From Eledone cirrhosa (taxonomy: Eukaryota), in assembly GCA_964016885.1 (NCBI GenBank), contig OZ024741.1, forward strand, positions 147,560,001 to 147,624,000: a DNA stretch of 64,000 nucleotides. Reading direction: 5' to 3'. Positions 60,396 to 64,000 of this stretch are shown here, piece by piece. Below the pieces are notes generated by a model. The model did not search any database. It had not been told where the DNA came from and was given only the letters and a program-made list of their open reading frames with translations. How positions within the stretch are numbered: position 1 is the first letter of the stretch; each line of letters starts with the position of its first letter. The position numbers and the translations under genes are program-made.

Positions 60396-63326
60396 TACAC
60401 ACATGCACACACACACATACACACACATATATGTATATATATATACATTCACATATGTATATATATATATATATGTGTGTGTGTATATATATATATATCC
60501 AACCCTTACAAGCAGGGAAAAGCGGACGTAAAATGATGATGATGATGATATATATATATAATCAATCATAAATTTTCACAGAATGTTTGAAGGTTGTCAT
60601 GAACCATTAGTTGTGTTTATCAATACTTGTATGAGAAGAAGTAAGTCAAAAGTTGGGAATAATATCGATGAACTAGCCAACAAAAGACACATGAACAAGC
60701 TCAAGTTCGCTTCAGTGAACACTGCTGGGTAAAATTGTCTCTTACATTTATATTTCTTTAGTAGTGAATGCTATTACGTGTTGGTATGGTCTTGAAAAAT
60801 CTGATTTCATGACCCAGTTTTGTGTGCCCAGCAAGCTGACTAGCTGGCTGGCTGGCTGGGTGGGTGGGTTCATTTTCATTTAAATTAACATGCATGTACA
60901 TATATCTGAAATATGATAAGTACAATTCATATACACATACTACTCCCTTGTAAATGTGAAAATCGAAAACTTCAGATCAATACAAGTATCGTATTTGGAT
61001 TTATATATTTATTACATGAAATATTGAAGCAATAAATATTGATCAACCTGCATGCCAGAGTGATGGATCATGCATCTGTTTGGACAATAAGCATTCACTT
61101 GTTTGATGAACAGAATGGCAAGCCCATGAATTACCATGTAAATGGCTGCTTGTTCCACAGATATGTGTACACTTAACATAATTCTTGGGCAGAATCAGTA
61201 TGGTACAATATGTGACAAGGCTGGACCTTTGAATCACTGGTACAACCCATCTAACAGGCTTCCACACAGTTTCTGTCTACCCAACTTCACTCACAAGATT
61301 CGGATCAATCTAACACTATGGTAAAGACACTTACCCAAAATACCATGCAGTGGGATCAAACCTGGGGCATTATGATTGTAAAGTGAACTACTTAATTCTG
61401 TAACTATACCTAAGTCCACGTGTCAGAGTATAATCTAATTTTCTATAACATCCCCATGTCCTTCTTTGACAAGTTAACCACAAATCAGAATTCTCCCAGT
61501 CTGCTGCTAATTTCTATAGACCTGTATCAAGAGACAGATTAGCATGATTTGGTATTACAGTAAACTTCATAGAGAAAATCATTCAACTCTTCTCACAGTC
61601 GGAACTAGTACTTGACCTGTTTTTATCAGAAAGTGAAATTGGATTTTATTACATTACCCCAAATTTTGCACCATGCTTTTATTGCAGGTTGTTAAGGTAG
61701 CTATTAAAGTCCACCAACTTCAGTTCATTGTTACTCCCAGGCAGTTTGGCTATCTACTGTTGAAAGGTTGCATGCATCCACTTAGAATCAAATATCACAC
61801 AACTGATAGATGAGACTCCATATTAACAAGGGATCTTACATAGAGAAAAAGAGTTATGAATAATTTCTGTCAGTAGTAATTTTCATAATTAAAAAATATA
61901 ATTTGTTATTCAATGTTGATATGTAAAAAAAAAAACCTATATTGATTAATCAAAGAAGACTAGAGTAAAATATGGTATGCTGATGATGTCCAATAAAATA
62001 GAATCATTTTCATAGTTGTCTTCTTGCCTGCAAACAAACATAAGATTTTCTCCTAAATTTGTAAATTATTTCTGTGAAATTAACTCTGGATTTGCTAAGA
62101 ATTATAGCTAGGTCTTTGTTTGTGTTTTTTCCAGCTCAGTGGAAATTTTGATTTGATTGACAATGTTCTGAGTACATTATTCAACACTATGCTTCATGAA
62201 CATATTTATATAAATCAATGCCATTGCTTCACTTGAGTTATTTACCTTTAATCATTTGATTTTTTTAATCTCTATTTATGACTGTCTGTAACAATATTTC
62301 AAACAAAAATATGCTGTCTTTGCATTTTAATTATAAAAGTAATTGAGAAGTATGAGAAGGTCAACAATTGTGAGGTGGAGGAAAAAGCTAATTAGGCCCA
62401 CCCTAGTACTTTACTGGTTCTTTATTTTATTGACTCTGAAAGAATGAAAGACAACGTTGACTTCAATGGGGTTTCAAACCAGAATGTAAAATCTGTAACA
62501 ACATACTGCAATGCATTTAATCTGATGTTCTAATAATTCTGCTAATCCACTATTCTTTTCAATTTAATAATACAAAAGGCAATATTTAACTACTGAAATA
62601 TCATATTATTTGTCATGTAATGATAAGATTTCTGTCTAAGATGAATTTATATTTGAACAGTTTAAAAGATGTAGTTTTGGGTGGGATGAAAGACCATATC
62701 AACCTATGGCTGGGCCCCTTGACTTTCAGCTATTTCACGTCTTTACATGTTTCAACACTATAATGTTTCACCACCACTACCACCACTACCACACATACAC
62801 ACACAGCAAACAAATTGACTGCCTCATAGTTCTTGCAGGCCTCTAGTTGTTGTGTGGCCTCTAGGCTTCAGTCTAATCAGCCTTGTGAATAATTATATTC
62901 CAACCCTGGTGAGGTGTTATTTAACCCTTATGATACCAAACTGCCTAAATCTACACCTAGTTCTATTATACATTACTGTTTACTTTAAAGTGTTTATATT
63001 AATCTAAAAACCTTCCATCATGTTTTTTTTTTTTTTTGTTAGAACATTTATTTCATTGTGCTTCAGGCATTAGATTAAAATGAAAAAGTTAGTTATTGTA
63101 CCAAGTACCTCCAAATCCTTGATTATTTTCAAAATTATTTAAAATTCATGGGTATAAGTATTTCCTTGGAAATATAGTAAGGAAAGGGTTAAAAGCTTAA
63201 AATAGAACTGTCCAAAATATAGGTTTCTCAAGAAGTTCTTGCAATTTTGATATCTTATTGGAAAGAAAATGATCTCTGTTCAATCTTAGATGTTAATGAA
63301 AGTATGCTGATGACAATGGTGGTATA

Positions 63327-63327
63327 A

Positions 63328-63361
<34 letters not shown>

Positions 63362-63733
63362 TGGTGGTAGTGGTGGTGGTGGTGATGGTGGTAGGAGTAG
63401 GGTTGAGGATGGATGTGATGGTGGTGATGATAGTGGTGAGGATGGATGTGGTGGATGTAGTGGTAGTGGTGATTATGGTAGTAGTGGTATGGATGAGGAT
63501 GGTGGTGATGGTAGTGGTGAGGATAGAGGTGTTGGTGGTTGTGACAGTGTAGTTAATGATATTTCTCTATCACTGTAGTCACTGATATCATTGGAACTGG
63601 GTTGGAGTGGGGGTAGAGGGGATGCAAAAGCAAAACAAGAAAAAAAAAAGTGAAAGTAAGAGAGGGGTGGGTGAACAGATAAAAATGATGATCAGCACTA
63701 TTAACATGATGGTGATTGTGACAGTTTTAATGA

Positions 63734-63767
<34 letters not shown>

Positions 63768-64000
63768 GGTGGTGGCGGCGGCGGCGGTGGTGGTGGTGGT
63801 GGTTGTGGTGGGGGATGATGATGATTGTGACAGTGGTGGTGGTGGTGGTGGTGGTGGTGGTGGTGGTGGTGGTGGTGGTTGTGGTGGGGGATGATGATGA
63901 TTGTGACAGTGGTGATGATGATGGTGGTGGTGGTTGTGGTGGGGGATGATGATGATTGTGACAGTGGTGATGATGATGGTGGTGGTGGTTGTGGTGGTGG
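63327..64000. repeat. (GGT)n/(GAT)n low-complexity tract; other large simple-repeat tracts at 9700-10022, 45085-46150, 50820-51000, 51320-51495 and 53590-53805
   Basis: Directly visible; ORFs are poly-G/V/M or Y-I/C-V artefacts. Confidence 0.95.

Overview
Eukaryotic, AT-rich, microsatellite-dense, almost entirely repeat-derived DNA. The SINE and RTE-tail families and the (TA)n/(CA)n load suggest a cephalopod (Octopus-like) genome; this is an inference. No intact host gene is visible, only a few degraded exon-like segments. The window holds five Tx1-clade (L1-group) LINE copies: a head-to-tail trio at 1-7441, a full-length copy with an 18-bp TSD at 29629-35461, and an internally deleted copy at 47095-50657. 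It also holds a CR1 RT fragment nested in a SINE, RTE-family fragments (one with a twin-priming inversion plus TSD), a Penelope GIY-YIG fragment, a decayed Helitron Rep/PIF1 helicase with several non-autonomous Helitron ends, many tRNA-SINEs, TTAA MITEs and satellites. The most interesting signals are non-coding. (i) About ten type I hammerhead ribozyme motifs, several inside long (TA)n-flanked palindromic mini-elements, with stem covariation between copies, plus one canonical stand-alone hammerhead at 41802-41849. (ii) A candidate HDV-like ribozyme heading a 0.6-kb non-autonomous RTE derivative. (iii) A consensus 5' splice donor at the ORF1 stop in three divergent Tx1 copies, with an acceptor on the ORF2 stop in the full-length copy, so that splicing would remove ORF2 and regenerate the same ORF1 Arg-stop. 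All calls are by eye; no database search or folding program was run.
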